DNA of 64,000 nt from Octopus vulgaris (lineage: Eukaryota). The position numbers and the translations under genes were made by a program. Of this stretch, positions 44,045-60,814 are shown piece by piece. The notes under the pieces are model-generated. The model ran no database searches and was not told where the DNA came from. It saw only the letters and a list, made by a program, of their open reading frames with translations. The DNA lies in the NCBI GenBank assembly GCA_951406725.2, contig OX597814.1, forward strand, positions 176,204,001 through 176,268,000. Direction: 5' to 3'. Each line of letters begins with the position of its first letter. The stretch's first letter is position 1.

Positions 44045-44510
44045 TAAAATATAGGGGCTTAGTTCCACAGGTGATCTAAACGGGTAGGTATGCTGGGTAA
44101 GTGCTGTTACGGATTTCCAGGGTTCCAAGATTGTAACCGAAGCAGGAGTTATGGAACTATGGAACTATTGTAGATTTCCGATACAGCAGATATAAATTTG
44201 CTTAAAAGAAAGCAAACACCAAGCAAGACATCTCAAGTCATGTATGTTATTATTAAAATTATTCAGCAATTTTTTAAAGTCTAACAGCTGTTTCAGGGAT
44301 ATCCCTAAAACTTGTGAAATATCCCATCATCGGAGACAGATGGTGAGAAAGTGAGAGGCTATAGATTACGGAAACGATGGAGAGATGTAGGAAAAAGAGA
44401 AAAATGAAAAAATATATTTAAGAAATTAAAAATTGCTTAATTTTTAATAATCAATAAAATGTATGACTTGAGATTCCTTGTCTTGGCGTTCGTTTTCCTT
44501 TTTAACAAGT
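44045..44510 (-). mobile_element. Penelope-like fragment with inverted partial copy, between TA arrays
   Basis: 44195-44262 and 44437-44510 are diverged inverted repeats. Contains a hammerhead motif. Confidence 0.6.
44279..44337 (-). ncRNA. Type I hammerhead ribozyme motif (U4 to C change)
   Basis: Minus strand reads gtct CCGATGA t-gggatat...atatccc-t GAAA cagctg TT agac. Confidence 0.62.
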
Positions 44511-44556
44511 ATGTGTGTGTGCGTGTGTGTGCGTATCTACGTATATGTATATATAC

Positions 44557-44619
<63 letters not shown>

Positions 44620-44901
44620 CATACGTACATATACATACGTACATACATACATACGTACTTATACATATTCATATATACGCATATATATTAATATATATGT
44701 GTATACAAATATATATAAATTTGTTTATAAAAAATATCTATACTTAGAAATAATATCTACGTATATATACTTCTACTTATGTATGTGGGTATGTTTACAT
44801 CTGAACGCACATGCATATATATATATATATAATCATGTGTATGAAATAATAATTATTATATACATATACGCATATACAGATATAAGTGTTTGTATGTGTG
44901 C

Positions 44902-44948
<47 letters not shown>

Positions 44949-46775
44949 TGGCCGTATGTGAATGTGAATATATGAGAGTGCCTCTGTGCATGTGTGGAGG
45001 TGGAGTTGTGTGTTTGTATATATTTGCTGTGTACTACAGATAAAATGCTTTCATGTAATTCGCAATGTTTCATTATCTTCTAAATCCTTATGGAAACATA
45101 ACAAATATATTACAATGGACTAAATATTAATATATCTTACATTGACCCCACATTAAGTCCTTATATGACAATTGATATTTGGTCAATTTTGTTCATTATT
45201 TGACAAGTGTGATGATGGCCATGCTGATAAGATACTTTATAATTATTGTCTTACATAGTTATGTGTTATGACTTTAAGTTTACTAATGGTGTGTCCATTA
45301 TCTTCATGTTTTGTATATGTTTCTTTTTTTACGGGGGTTGCATTGATTCAGTTCATCTCTTTGTTGCGGATACGTGCCAGAATCTTATGAGACTATTGCC
45401 AACTATATAATGGCATCCTATTTAAAACAAACTACGACGAATCTATTATCTACTTCAAACGATAAAACTAGAACCCAGCCAGGCCCAAGAAACCATTGGT
45501 AATATGGCATATATGAGAAATTGTGTCGAGATCGGCCATAAATAAAAATGTCAGCAATGACTGAAAGATTCGAATTGATTGATCATTGTTTTCTCTCCAA
45601 AATATTAAAATATTAAATACAATATCAAGCTTGAGTCGGGCTATTTTCTCTGCTAATTGTGAGGTAAAGGTTTAATGTATAGATCTCAACCTAAGTTACA
45701 TACATGAACTCTCAAATGTAAGATACGCGTTTAACAGAACGGGCCAATATGTATAAAATAAAACAATATGATTCTGTTTAAAAGCGTTTGAAAGGAGATC
45801 GTTTTTCCTCAGAACGATAAGACAGAGAATGAGGTTTTGTGTTGTAAAAGACTTACATTCAGGGAAGAATATTTTTGGTGCCAAAACATGAGCGATATAA
45901 TGATTTGCTTAAAAGAGTTAACCGCTCTCTGCAGAATAAGGGTTAAACTTTTACAGCTAAAAGGTTGCAAACACTCGCATTCAACGGATCCAACGGAGAG
46001 GATGACGTATACACTTCACGGATTCGTCCTTTCGAGGCTAATAATAATAATAAAAACAATAATAGTTCAGGAATATCCCTATGGAGTTATGTATACGTGT
46101 GTAGCATGCGTATACACACACACACACACCCACACACACGCACACATTCAAGCTGAATGATAGAATAAAGAATACATTACACTGATGTTTCTCGTTTCGC
46201 TTCTTCAGAGTGAGAAAGCATGCGCACACATACATACGTACATTTACATTGGTATACATATAAATAGACATGTATATGTATATGTGTGTACGTATGTTTA
46301 TATATATGATATATGTATGTATACATATGTATAAATATAGATGTATGTTCGTGTGTAGAAATATGTGTGCGAACGTATGTGTTTATATACATACCCACAC
46401 AGACTTTTTTGTAATTTTCCAGCTTGTTTGTGGCTATGTGGGTTTAATTACCTTCATTATTAGGTATTTCAAAGTAACTGTCTTTATTGCATGCAGTTAT
46501 TTAGTAAATGAGAGATGATGAGGCTTCGGGCCTCACCTTTGGTTCCTAAGCTTTTGCTAGTTCTACTATGGCCTTGCACAGTACAATGCTAATGCGTCTC
46601 TTAAAAGTCCTGACATCTTTTGGGTTTCGCAGATTGTAAATCCTTACGTGCATCCATACTTCCACAACACGCATACATTGCTTTCTCATGTATGTATTCA
46701 CTCAGACACACTCGCATGTATATGTGTATGCATATGCATATATATGCATATACATATATATACATATATATACAC

Positions 46776-47141
<366 letters not shown>

Positions 47142-47826
47142 TATTATTATTATTATTACTATATTTATCCTACATTATAGCGGCACAGGTCGGTGCGACC
47201 CCAAAAGACTGGTATCGCAGTTTGCATCACTTGGCTGTAGCCGGCATAATAGAGTAGGAACTTTTATATGTATATTCAAAACGTTTCGCGTAAACGAACT
47301 TAAAGGGTGTGTATGTGTGTGTACACACACACAACACACACACACACACATGCATGTATGCTAGGTGGGCGGAGTAGAGTCTTTGTAAGGGTGTCAGAAA
47401 AGATACATTGTTGGATTTGGTTGCATCCTTTGCGTTCTGAATGCGTGTCCCACCCCACCTTCCATCCAACAAGGTCTACTTTACATGCGACTTTTCGGAA
47501 ATCGATAGACTAAAGTACTGGTAATCGAAGTACCACAGACGACTTTGACCCAGCATTGCCAAAAGTCAATAACTGAAATAAAAGAATTTATGTGTGTGTG
47601 TGTGCATGTGTATTAATTAATATATACACATATATGTAAGTGTATGTATGTATACATATATGTATATATGCGTATATGTATATACATCTTATACATATTT
47701 TCTGTATATGTATACATACATAGTTGTATATAATCACATGCATATATTGCATGTATTTGTCTACACGTGTTTATTTTAATTTTCATGCGTAAGTATATGT
47801 GTATATATCAGTGTGTTTATGTCTGC

Positions 47827-47938
<112 letters not shown>

Positions 47939-48215
47939 TTTAAAACTTTAGTTATAACTAAGCAAACACTATATGGTTTAATTGATAATTCGACCGCCCG
48001 ATAAACGGCAGATACGTGTTTCAAATTCCGTTTCTGTGGTTTATAATACTTAATTCAATCCCAAATTTGAGTATACAGAAGTTATAAGCTTTTTACGCCT
48101 ATGCGAGTGCGCGTGTATTATATAACCATGTATGTGTGTGTGCATACATTTAAATGGCATTGTTTTTACTACTGGTTTCACTCTTAACACTAAAGCGATG
48201 CTGGGACACTTCCAT

Positions 48216-48300
<85 letters not shown>

Positions 48301-49815
48301 GTGTATATATGTTTGTATGCATGTTGCATTTAAGATGAGATACATCGGCTGTTTTATACCAAGTGGTTCAAATAAATGAAGAGTAAAAGCGCGATGTTAT
48401 TTTTGTTCATTTCTTTTTTTACTAATTTGTGACCGTCGTACATAATACTAAATTATAACAGCAGGCAAGACACTTATTTTACTTCCGTTTAGCGTCATTT
48501 TTTCATCTTACCAAATCACAAATGACAATCATTTTAGGCTGAGGAATTCTTTTCTAATGTTATCTCTCGTCAACTGTGCAAGGAACTTTAGACGATAATA
48601 GCAAAAGTATTTCTTTTAAATCTACCACGTATGTCCCGGTGTGAGAGTTAACTTTTACGCCATTTTATCTTTTATCGTATACTGTTTAAGCTAGACCTAT
48701 AATGGTTTACTATTTAGCAACAGGAGAATGTTAGTTCAGTAGGGTGATCTTGGTGGGATGGAGGCGGTTTACACCCGTCACTGGCAGTTGCTATTTTAAT
48801 ATACCGTCAGAAAAAGATTACAAAACTGATTTTACCCTGTGGAGCCTTACTGTAAAGAAAGGAAAGCATGAGAAAATAATAGACAGAGGTTATTTCCTGA
48901 CATTTGGAAGATACGAAACTAAATACGCTGTCTTTGGTCACGTGACAGATCTAAAAAACAAAGATGACACACACACAAGTTCTAAAATTCAGAAAGAAAT
49001 AATTTAAATACTTAACTTTAAATATATTCTCTGTTATATCTTTCCATTTGTTGGACTCCCAAAAATTAAAGTCATCGACCGTCCCAGAACGTGATGTGTC
49101 TCGAACGCTTTTTGATAGTAGCCAGTGTTTATCGACTTCGAAGACCTTTTGGGGCTTCTTAAACATCCTGTATTATTCAAACTAAATCTTATTTATATAG
49201 CAAAGAATTATACTAAACGAAGAAACGTTAAAGTTTATATCATATTGTGCTAAATAAATTTATAGAGCTTGTTGCCAATGTTTATTATAACATCAGTTGA
49301 ATGCCGCAGTTCTGGCCAACCGAATCTACACACCTGTTTCGATTTCTCGTTGAAGGCATCTTGTTTCATTGGAACTATTAGTATTTTCGGCGAAAAAAAA
49401 AAATTACTGAAACAATAACCTGTATTCTTTCTTTGAATTATGGGGCTCAAGTGCCTCTTCAAAATAAATAGCTATTTTGCGATTCTGTTGTTGAAACAAT
49501 CAATTAAAAATGTGAATACTTGTTTTTTTGGGGTTTTTTTCTGTAATGAATAATAAATAGGAGCTATTAACTACATACATGGTAATTTCAATATAAAGTT
49601 TTGATACAGATTTTACGGCAATTCAGAATCGGGCAGTGTTTTTTATGGCCACAGCGGGAGTAAGAATCCATTATTTATTTTTATCTCCATAACATTTATT
49701 TTACAAAACAATGAAAGGCGTTGACATGATGCCTTTGTTTAAAAACAGGCATAATAACGTTATAAAAGAAATATCTGTGTTGCATTCTATGGAGTCAATA
49801 TTTAATGACCGACGA

Positions 49816-50205
49816 AGGCGACGAGCTGGTAGATTCGATAGCATGCCAGGCAAAATGTTTAGCGCCTGTACGTTCTGAGTTCAAATTATATCGAGTTCGA
49901 CTTCGCCTTTCATCTTTCTTTTTTTTTTTTTTGGAGTGGGTGGGGCAATGAAATATGTACCGGTTGAGCACTGGAGTCGATATAACCGACTCAATTCTTT
50001 CCCGAAACTGCTGGCCCCATACCAAAAATTTGAAACCAATATTTGATGAACGACGACCACCCGATGTTTTAGTTACCTGTCTTAACATTCTAAGTTCAAA
50101 CCCTACTGGGATTGCCTTTACTAGTCATCTTAACAGGGTCGATAAAATGAAGTACCAGTCAACTAATGGGGCTCGTTTTCTTCAAATTTATTGCCTTGTT
50201 AAAAG
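49816..50205 (+). mobile_element. SINE family B, degenerate dimer
   Basis: aaggcgacgagctggtaga head and two degenerate cores. Confidence 0.7.
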
Positions 50206-50872
50206 TCAATATTTAATAATATCTTTGAACGATTAAAGCACTTGAATTAAGATATTTCACTGTTCAAATTCAATTTTCTAAGTTTATATCTTACTATGGT
50301 CGTCATTTTTTGTCATTCCGTTGAAACTGATGAAATAAGTATCGGTAATATACTATCGCTAAAGCAAATCAATATCATATCAGTATTGAGTTTATATATA
50401 AAAAAAAAATCAACATTATGTAGATTCAAGATGATTATTTTATAGAAATGCAAATACCAAGAAATAAATACAGCGTGTATGTACACTGACATGTCTTGAG
50501 ATAAAGATTTTATTTCCAGTTCGATTCAGAAGGAGGAAAATTATCAATAGTTTAACCTATCAATTCTTTGAAGACAGTTCCATCTGCGTCGTCTTCATAT
50601 TTCAAAACAATTTGGTTAACTGATTTCAATGGAGTTACTTCCCTTTTTGGTTGTAATTATATTTTAAACACCCAATGGCTAGAGTTTACAAATTGCATGC
50701 GGGAATAATTTCAGTTAACCGATATCTTTCTTACAAATAGATACGCGCTCGCGCATACGAATAAAGCATTTTTGGTAATGCATAGAACAGTATAATAATC
50801 ATAATAATAACAGTAGTAATAGTAATTAGTAGAAAAAGGCATTTCTTCTAACTTACCTCATTAATATTACCG

Positions 50873-50922
<50 letters not shown>

Positions 50923-51914
50923 TATATAAAACTATCTCTGCAGAACTTTCTCTCATATTGTATCAATTCCTTTTAGTGTGGTTATGAGCTGTTAAGGTCG
51001 GTTGGGAAACTCGAACCTTTCTGTGAACGACTGCACTGGATTTGACTCGGTCACCTGGATTGTCTTGTCCATGAAATTTAGTTCTATGTCGTAATAAGCA
51101 TGATATAAATACTGTTGAGTAGTTTTGACGATGGAAGAAATTGAGACTGTTGAGTGCCGGAACGAAAACATACATATAACCATATAACAATATGCATGTA
51201 AATTAAATCTCTCTTGGTTTAAAGGTCGAATGCCATTGAGACAGGCCTTGATTTTCATCCCCGAAGGAAAACAATGTATATATCAGTAATGTACTAGGGA
51301 GTGATTCAAACAATTATACACATTGACCTAGGTTTTCGGTAAGGAATTAAAATTATAGTAAATATTGCATTGATATTGTGCAAGTTGTTTGATATGTTAC
51401 AGAATATTACAGAAAAGGATTAAATAATTGCGTCGAAGTATCTAGCTTGGTGTCTTTCCAAGGGCCTGCATTGTATCTTATCCCTCCAGAGTCGATATTT
51501 GCATGTATGTATGTATGTATGTATGTATGTATGTATGTATGTATGTATGTATGCATGAATATGTGTGTGTGTATGATACCAATAAAAGGTTGGAGTTGAA
51601 CCAATCGGCTATATCCCGTCCACTTACAAACTTTTACAGTAAAATAATATAGCATTGTGCCTCGTAGAAAAGCAAACAATATCGGAATATCGTGCATAGT
51701 GGATGCATAAGACTTGTGAAATCTGATTATCTGACATAGTTGTTCTTGATGTTGTTGTTGTTGTTGTTGTTGTTTTTAGGCTTCTGTTTCTGATCGAGAG
51801 CTATTTTACTTAATTCCCTTATTAATACTCCTTGGAGATACATAATCGTTACTAGTTCCGATTCTTCATAATCACTTGGCTTTGTTCTTCCTCTCTGACT
51901 CTCTTTCTCATTCT

Positions 51915-51988
<74 letters not shown>

Positions 51989-53014
51989 GTTTTAGAATGT
52001 ATTACTCGTATTGGGAAAGCTAGAAAATGTGTAAAACACTTAGGTTCTTCATTAAATAGAGAATGTTAAAAAAAAAAAACAGGTGAGATTCTTGCAAGTA
52101 TTGATTGGATTGAAGGGTAGAAGTAATCTATGCGGAAATAATTACAATTGCCACATTATGAAATCGAGCGTTGTAAAACAGATGACACGGTTTCAATTCA
52201 ACATTATTGATATTTTAGTTTATTTACAATAGCCGAAGCTCTTGTGAAAATATGAACGCTATAAAATTTGTTTGCCAAATTAATTTGAAACCTTTCAGGG
52301 GATATGATGTTTTGAGCAGAGATTATTTTGTGCAAATCGGTTTGCTCTCAACATATGCGTGTATGGACATATGTACGTCACTATATATATTTATATATAT
52401 GTACATGTGTATACTTGTATGTGTATAACTGAATGTGTTTGCATATGTAAATGTTTGTGTACATGTGTGCCTGTGTAAATAAATAATGGAAAGGTGTGTA
52501 CATAGTTGGAAAGAAGAGAGTAAATAACGTTAGGGGTATGCAAGGTAGGATTAATAAAATTTATGGATATCTGACTGGCTGGGTGAATGAATGCATGAGC
52601 GAACAGATTCATGCATGGATGGATGGAGGGAGGGAGGGATGGTTGAATGGATTACAGGGTGGATTCGTCGACGGATCAAAAAAATATTAGGTGGATGCAT
52701 GGTTACATTGTTGATTCTAGTGGACGAATAGACAGATTGAGCGTTGGTTGGTTGTATTAATTAAGTTTTGATTGATTTTGAATAAATGATTTCGTAGCTT
52801 GATGAATAGATTCATTGATCAATGAATGCTTCATTACTAGATGTATGCATGAATAAATGACTGGATGGATGGAAGCAACATTTAATCTACCAGCGTATTA
52901 GAGAGAAGGGTCTGTTCTGATATTGTAATAACTATCTTTAATATCTTATTCAAGTGTCTTTATATATATAAGTATGTGTGTATGCATGTATGAGTGTATA
53001 CATATATTTATATG

Positions 53015-53064
<50 letters not shown>

Positions 53065-53196
53065 TATGCATGTATGTTTATATATATATATATATATATA
53101 TATATTCTAAGTATGTACATATTCAATATATTTTCTACATATTTACTCAGTATGTATCAGTCCGTAAATTATCTACTTATTTAGATGCTTCATATG

Positions 53197-53264
<68 letters not shown>

Positions 53265-53433
53265 TATATATATGTGTGTGTGTGAGTGTGTATACATACA
53301 TACAAAAATAGATGTATGAATATATGTATGCATATATATATAGATATATACATATATATATGTACATATATATATATGTGTGTGTGTGTATGTGTATGTT
53401 TATGCCTTAGCGTAATATAAATTTATATTATGC

Positions 53434-53480
<47 letters not shown>

Positions 53481-54154
53481 TGTATGTGTGTGTGTGTGTG
53501 TGTGTGTGCGTGCGTGCGTATGTTTGTGTGTACGTATGTATGTGTACAAATATATACCATATATTTACAGTTGCGATTAGATGTATATAATAATATATAT
53601 GTATGTGTTTGCGTTTGTTAGCACATACCTTAAATTCAGTACACCGTTTTCTTTATGGCGTGTTTTGTCGTTGTTATTATTGTCTATACAAGTAAGAAAA
53701 CCGGATCTGGTCTTGTTTTAATTTCCAGTTAACTTGATACTATTAAAGCAGTATAGGAATTTAACGTAAATTCCAATATTTGGTTAATATATTCTATTTT
53801 GTATGTTTGTTTTTTTTATTTTATGCTATTTTGTATATGTTCTTTCCATTCATTCATTTCTTTATTTATTGTTAATACAAGCATTACTACTATTATTGCT
53901 CCTATTATTAATATAGTAATAACATAAACAATAATATTAATGACAATAATACTAATAATAATAATAATAACATAACATAAATAATAACAGTAATACTACA
54001 AACGATAGTAGTAATAATAATAACAATAATAATTATTATTATAGCTATTGTTGTTATTATAGCTATTATTGTTATTATTGTTATTGTTATTATTGCTGTG
54101 TTGTGATTGTTGTTGTTGTTATTTGTATTATTGTTGTTATTATTATTATTATTA

Positions 54155-54196
<42 letters not shown>

Positions 54197-54226
54197 TTAT
54201 TATTGTTGCTATTACTATTATTACTA

Positions 54227-54259
<33 letters not shown>

Positions 54260-54286
54260 TTACTACTACTACTACTATTATTATTA

Positions 54287-54329
<43 letters not shown>

Positions 54330-54333
54330 CATT

Positions 54334-54707
<374 letters not shown>

Positions 54708-54891
54708 TAGCATTATTATCATTCTTCTTATCATTATTGTGTATTTTAAGACTCTGAAATACTTATTCTATAAGAGATTATATATACAGCTTTGATTCTA
54801 CGCTTGATAATTCGGTTTTGAGTTGTTTTGTAGTTTTACATTCGCTTTTATTCAGATTTCTTATGTATCTGCTGCTACTGCTGTTGCTGCA

Positions 54892-54928
<37 letters not shown>

Positions 54929-55259
54929 TTGTTGCTATTGTTATCAATGTGGTTCTTTCTATTGTACCTGGTGTTTGTATTTTTTTTTTTTTTGTATACT
55001 TTCTTCGGTATTTTTTTCTTCTTAAATTCGAAACTGAATTTTCGAATTGGTTAAGAAATTAACATTCAGATTTTTTTTTTTAAAAAAAAGGTAAATTGTA
55101 GACAAATAAGTAAATATTGCACACACATATGTGTGTGTGTATGTGTGTATGTATGTATGTACACACATATATTTGTATATCTACAAACGTATGCATATAT
55201 GCACAAACAGAGACACACATAAGCACAGACACATACATATACTTATACATATACATATA

Positions 55260-55363
<104 letters not shown>

Positions 55364-55613
55364 AGACACGAAATAATGTTTTGTAATTATATAATAAGAA
55401 TTTCCAAGAATTTTAAGAAAGAATAAAAGGAAAAACAAAAGAGAAAAGAAGAACCTGAATTAATGTAATGAATAAATACTTAAATAAAACGAATTTTAAA
55501 AATATCAAAATCAAACGATTATTTAGCGATAGCACATTGTAGATAGATAATAAAGAGCAGATAACTGGTGGTAGTAATGACAATGGTGATGATGGTGGTG
55601 ATGATGATGATGG

Positions 55614-55667
<54 letters not shown>

Positions 55668-56319
55668 CGACGACGATGATGGTGGTGGTAGTGGTGGTGG
55701 CGGTTTTGGTGGTGTTGGTGATATCTGTTTGGGCCTGCGTGAAGGGTTGCGTGCATGTACATGTGTGCAAGTGTCAGTTTACGTGCGTTTTCCCCAGCAT
55801 GCTTTTATGCCAGTGTGTGTGTCTGTGTATGTGTCTGTGTGTGTGTGTGTGTGTGTTTGTCTCTGAGTGTGTGTGTTTGTGTGTGTGTGTTTGTGTGTGT
55901 GTTTGTGTGTATGTAGTGTGTGCGCGCGAGCGTGATGTCAACTATACAATTCCCATCCTCCATCACTCATTCAAAATAGTGTGCCGTTCATAATTTGATG
56001 CTATGTCTCGATATTTAATCCAATGTATAGCCATGTGCAATGACCAAAGGCTTGTGTACTATCTGAGCACGTATATATTGGCGTATTGATGGGACAAGCA
56101 TAGCTGTTCTGCTCTTTTATCGAAAGAGAAAGGCCATATTTGATAGACTGGTGAGGCTGAGGTAATCAGCAGAGCACTAAAGACAGGTGCTTTGAATATA
56201 CGTACATACATCTGTAAATACATACATACATAAATAAATACAAACATACATACATATATACATGCATACATACATGCATATACATATGTCTGTGTGCGTG
56301 TACACAAAGAGAAGAGGAG

Positions 56320-56358
<39 letters not shown>

Positions 56359-58184
56359 TACTATGACTTTGTGTGGTTTTTACTTCGCCGAAGCTGATAA
56401 GCCCACACAAAGTTGAGATCACAATTCAATTGGTTATCATACCCATAAGTCCTCTGAAGAACAAAAAGCGTTTTGAAGGATTGCTTAAAGTACATTATTT
56501 TACAAAGAAACTTTGTTCATATGGTCTATGTGTTTGTTACGTGAATATATTTCATAAAACGTTATGATGTAACTTTAGATGCTGTCAATTTGCTGCTAAA
56601 TACACAAAACCATTGAAAGTTATGTGCACAGTTACAGCTTGATGCCTATTGGGTAAAGCCTTGACCATTCAGCTAGCAGAGTTTGTTTTGTCGTTTGATA
56701 GGACAAAGACAGCCTACAACCTTTGCAAGCCTGCCCAGACAAGTCTAATAACATGGCTGGTTTCCGTTTTGAACATTTGCAACTCGACATCAAGATGAAA
56801 ATACGTGGGGAATGTGGGAAGTTCAAGGAGTTGACGCTTTGTTAAAATATGATTGATATGGTGTATAAGGAGTGGGTTGAACACTATAGGCGTAGCGAAA
56901 GAATGTGTGACGAATTAGCTTGAGCGGGACTAATATGCGATAGCTTAATTCAAAAATGCAAAGAGCTTTGTAGGATTAATGAAATAAGTAAAAAGAGAAG
57001 ACAGCACGTTTTTTAAGATAAAGGTTGTAGAATATTAGTGAGATAATCAGTGCGAATCGGTCGCCTGCAACACAATAAATATATGAGTATTTGATGAGAG
57101 CGAGAAGCAAAAACACAGCAAAAAATTTCAACAGAGAGCAACGAGGGCATTTTGGCTTTATCATTTTTAATGATTCACTCCGGAACATTGTGTACTTGGC
57201 TTGATCACCGCTTAACATTGGAATAAGAATCTCTGAGGTTGCTAAAATATGCGGTGACAATATCCAGCACAAACAATGGTTCACTTCACTTATATCGCCC
57301 TGTATGTCTGTAACTTACATTTGGCAATTATTTCACCATCCCTAGTAAAAATTTGCGATTGACTGTCCAGCAAATTATATGTAAGTAAAGAATATAACAT
57401 ATACATATATGTGAATAAGTTTGATATAAGTATATAGATGTGTGTGTGTTCCCGTGATCCTTTGCTGCTTAATATACAAGACGTGGCAAAAAGCATATCA
57501 CTACCAATATGTCATTCAGAAGATAAAACTGATTAAGAACGCCTTGAAACGTTAATGTCTTACATATATTATTGTCTGAAACTAAACTCAAGAAAAAAAA
57601 AGGATAAAATGAAAAAAGAATTAATAAAAAAGTTTGAATTCGAACACAGTCGTGTCTTTAATATAACATGCTTGAAAGAAAACCTGTACCCAGTAAGCAT
57701 AAACATGTGTGCAAGAGTACATACAAATATGTACATATATATATATATATACATACATATATATATATACATATATATATTTAGATATATACATATATAT
57801 ATACATACCTATATATATATATATACGGGCGTATGTATATGTATATACATATTTATTAGATATATATGTACATTAGCACAAAATATGACACGCCAATGTA
57901 CGTAAATCCAAAAGTAAATAAATGTACGCACATACACTCTCTGCCTCTCTCTGTCCCTCTCTCTATCTCACTGTCTCTGTCATACATATGCGCATAGATA
58001 TGCATATATATGACTATGCGCATTATTTACATGCATTCATATATGTGTGTACACGTGTTTATGAGTGAGTGTATATATGTATATATATGAATAAACATAT
58101 AAAAACACATATATACATATATACATGTGTACATATATGCATTTATATGTGTGTACATGTATATATGAATGGATGAAATGAATG

Positions 58185-58243
<59 letters not shown>

Positions 58244-58348
58244 ATATGCTTATACATATGTATTTCTGTAATGTATGGACATAATATATAAGCTACAGAT
58301 GTATATGTGTGTGTAAATATGCATATACATATACAAACATACATACAT

Positions 58349-58412
<64 letters not shown>

Positions 58413-59184
58413 ACATTGTGCACTTCTGTTTCTACAGTTATTTCCGAATACATACAAACAAAAACTTGCATGCACACCTGTATTCGTGTGTGTATGCATG
58501 TTAGGCTTGTTATCTATATTTTTTTTTTTTGATAGCTAAAAAGACAAATAGATACATGTGGACTATTTTGTTTAGTTTTCATCAAGAAATTCATTAAAAA
58601 AATAATTTTAAAAAATGATAAGATAAAAAAAAATCTAAATTTCTGTCTCTCAGAATTATACGATTATCTTGACGATAGATCTTAATTTTTGCGATGGGAC
58701 CAGTCAGAGGGCGGGTGTTTTATTTGTTTTTATTTATTTAATTATCTAATTATTTATTTATTCATTTATTTATTTTGCTCAAATCATCATTTATGGTTTG
58801 TCTTCGCTGCAGAGTCCTCTTCTGAATGCTTTCAAAAGATTGGACTCCGCTTAAGGTCCCCAAAGGTGTTAAACCGAATGATTAATTATTTAATCACCTC
58901 AGATACTGTTTAATAAGCGGGATTTACTTTGTTTCCGTCTACTCTATTTCACATACAAAGCTTGAGTCAACTCGAAGCCTTAACAGACGATACGTCTTCG
59001 AGTTACTATCAAATAGGATCAAACTCAGAAACATATAAGCGTTTAACTTCCTTCGATCCAAAATAAAAATTATAGAATTTTTTGTTTTATTTTGTTTTTT
59101 TAGATTTTTTAGTGCATAAAGGTAGTCAATATTAACAAACATCAAATTTTGTTGTAGATTCGTTGTATCCAGTAGAAGTACACA

Positions 59185-59528
59185 GCAATTCAAAAGAACA
59201 GCTCAAATAGAACAATCTTCCCACACAGCACACATCCTATAAAATAAGCCACTAATGATCTAAAACAACACAATTCGCACAATATCTACTATACAAGATT
59301 AACACCCAAAAAATAACACAGCCCACGTTACAGACACGGCGCACAACAGAAAATACCCCAATATATATATAACAAGAAATTGAAAATAAACCCCATAACA
59401 AAACAAACTAATGCAGTACAACACGAGGAGTCTACACTCCTCCAATCTCCAGAAAAATGTTGCGATGTTGCACACTCCTCAGGAACAGAAATGTACCTGA
59501 TGACGCTGTAGAACCTTGCATAAAACCA

Positions 59529-59531
<3 letters not shown>
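59185..59531 (+). mobile_element. Possible old Dong-like 3' end followed by (TAA)n
   Basis: acagcacacatccta (TAHIL) is followed by an A/C-rich UTR that runs into an (AAT)n tract. Confidence 0.35.
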
Positions 59532-59563
<32 letters not shown>

Positions 59564-60814
59564 TAATAATAATAATAATAATATTAATAATAATAATAAT
59601 AATCTTTCTAGTTAAGAACCACTCTCTTTCGTCGAATAACTGTGACCTGATCGTACTAACGCACTACTTTACTGCATTACAAAAAAAGAAATGGCGTCTT
59701 CAAATATTTATTGTCCAAATTTTTAACTAAATTATTTTTCTGTTGTTGTTTTTGTTTGTTTCCTTCATGGTAATAACTGATAGAATCAATACAGTCTGTT
59801 AAAAAGTATTGCAGTATTTCGTTATGTTCTTTTGCGTCCCGCTTATTCGATTTTATTGTTTATTTTTCCTGATATGCGATAAATTAAATGCTAGAGTCAA
59901 ATCCATCGTCTGCACTCCAGTGAAATATGAAACCTTGTGCCGATATTGGTAATCGGTATTCAGAAGGCTGATGAAGCTTTCAAAATTGCTAGTTGATTGC
60001 TTGACTAAAATCATTCCCTTTACGTACTTCTAGACGCTGAGTTCAAATACAACGGATCGACTGTACATTTAATTCCTTATACGTCTCATTTAAATAAATA
60101 AATAAATACCATTAATGTACTGCGTTGGATTTAATCCTCAACGCTCCTTCTCTAGAAATCACTATTTATGTGACTGATATTGAAATGAAGGCGTTTTTAT
60201 GTAGGGTTTAGTTATATGCGGTATGAGTAATACAGCCGAATGTTTAAGAAGTTCCTTTCACAACCTGAGCAAATATCGTTTTCTGTAATCTCGGATCAAC
60301 CCATAAACTTGGGAATGAAATTGGGGCTGACGGAAACTGATTAGAATCTCATTGGGTGGATTGTACCAGTTATTCAGAAGGTACAACCGAGCCACACACT
60401 GTTCCATGCTGAGTTTGACTGAAAATTACACTAAGGGTACACGCTTCTGTAGAATACTCATTGACTTGCACGGTAAATCAGGAACAGATAATTCCCTTCA
60501 CTGAACCACTGCATCCTCATCATCGATCAACAGGGATCTACATCCACCAAGTTAATTTTGTTCCATCCTACCCAATACTCAGCAAATACAAAATTTGCAT
60601 AATTGAGGTTATTTTAAATTCTCAAAAAAAAACGCGATATATACTTTTAGTTGAGACGAACAATTTAATGCTGGGAGTAGATTCAAATTTCGAAATTAAG
60701 TGTCAGTTTTCAGATGGAACTATAGAGCGGTCTCAACTTCCCATGTTATTTGTTTCAAACTGTGGCAAATAATTATTACGATATTATTTTGAGGACCTTG
60801 GAGTATGGGATCAT

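Noticed and set aside
48951-49166. Possible minus-strand exon (MFKKPQKVFEVDKHW...)
   Set aside because: It has a plausible acceptor but no recognisable homology or partner exons.
51407-51697. TVKVCK peptide on the minus strand before (CATA)n, similar to the RLE C-terminus
   Set aside because: Only six residues match and the flanking translation does not align, so it may be chance.
59495-59530. CTGATGA hammerhead seed (also near 59968)
   Set aside because: No correctly placed GAAA, stem III or cleavage triplet.
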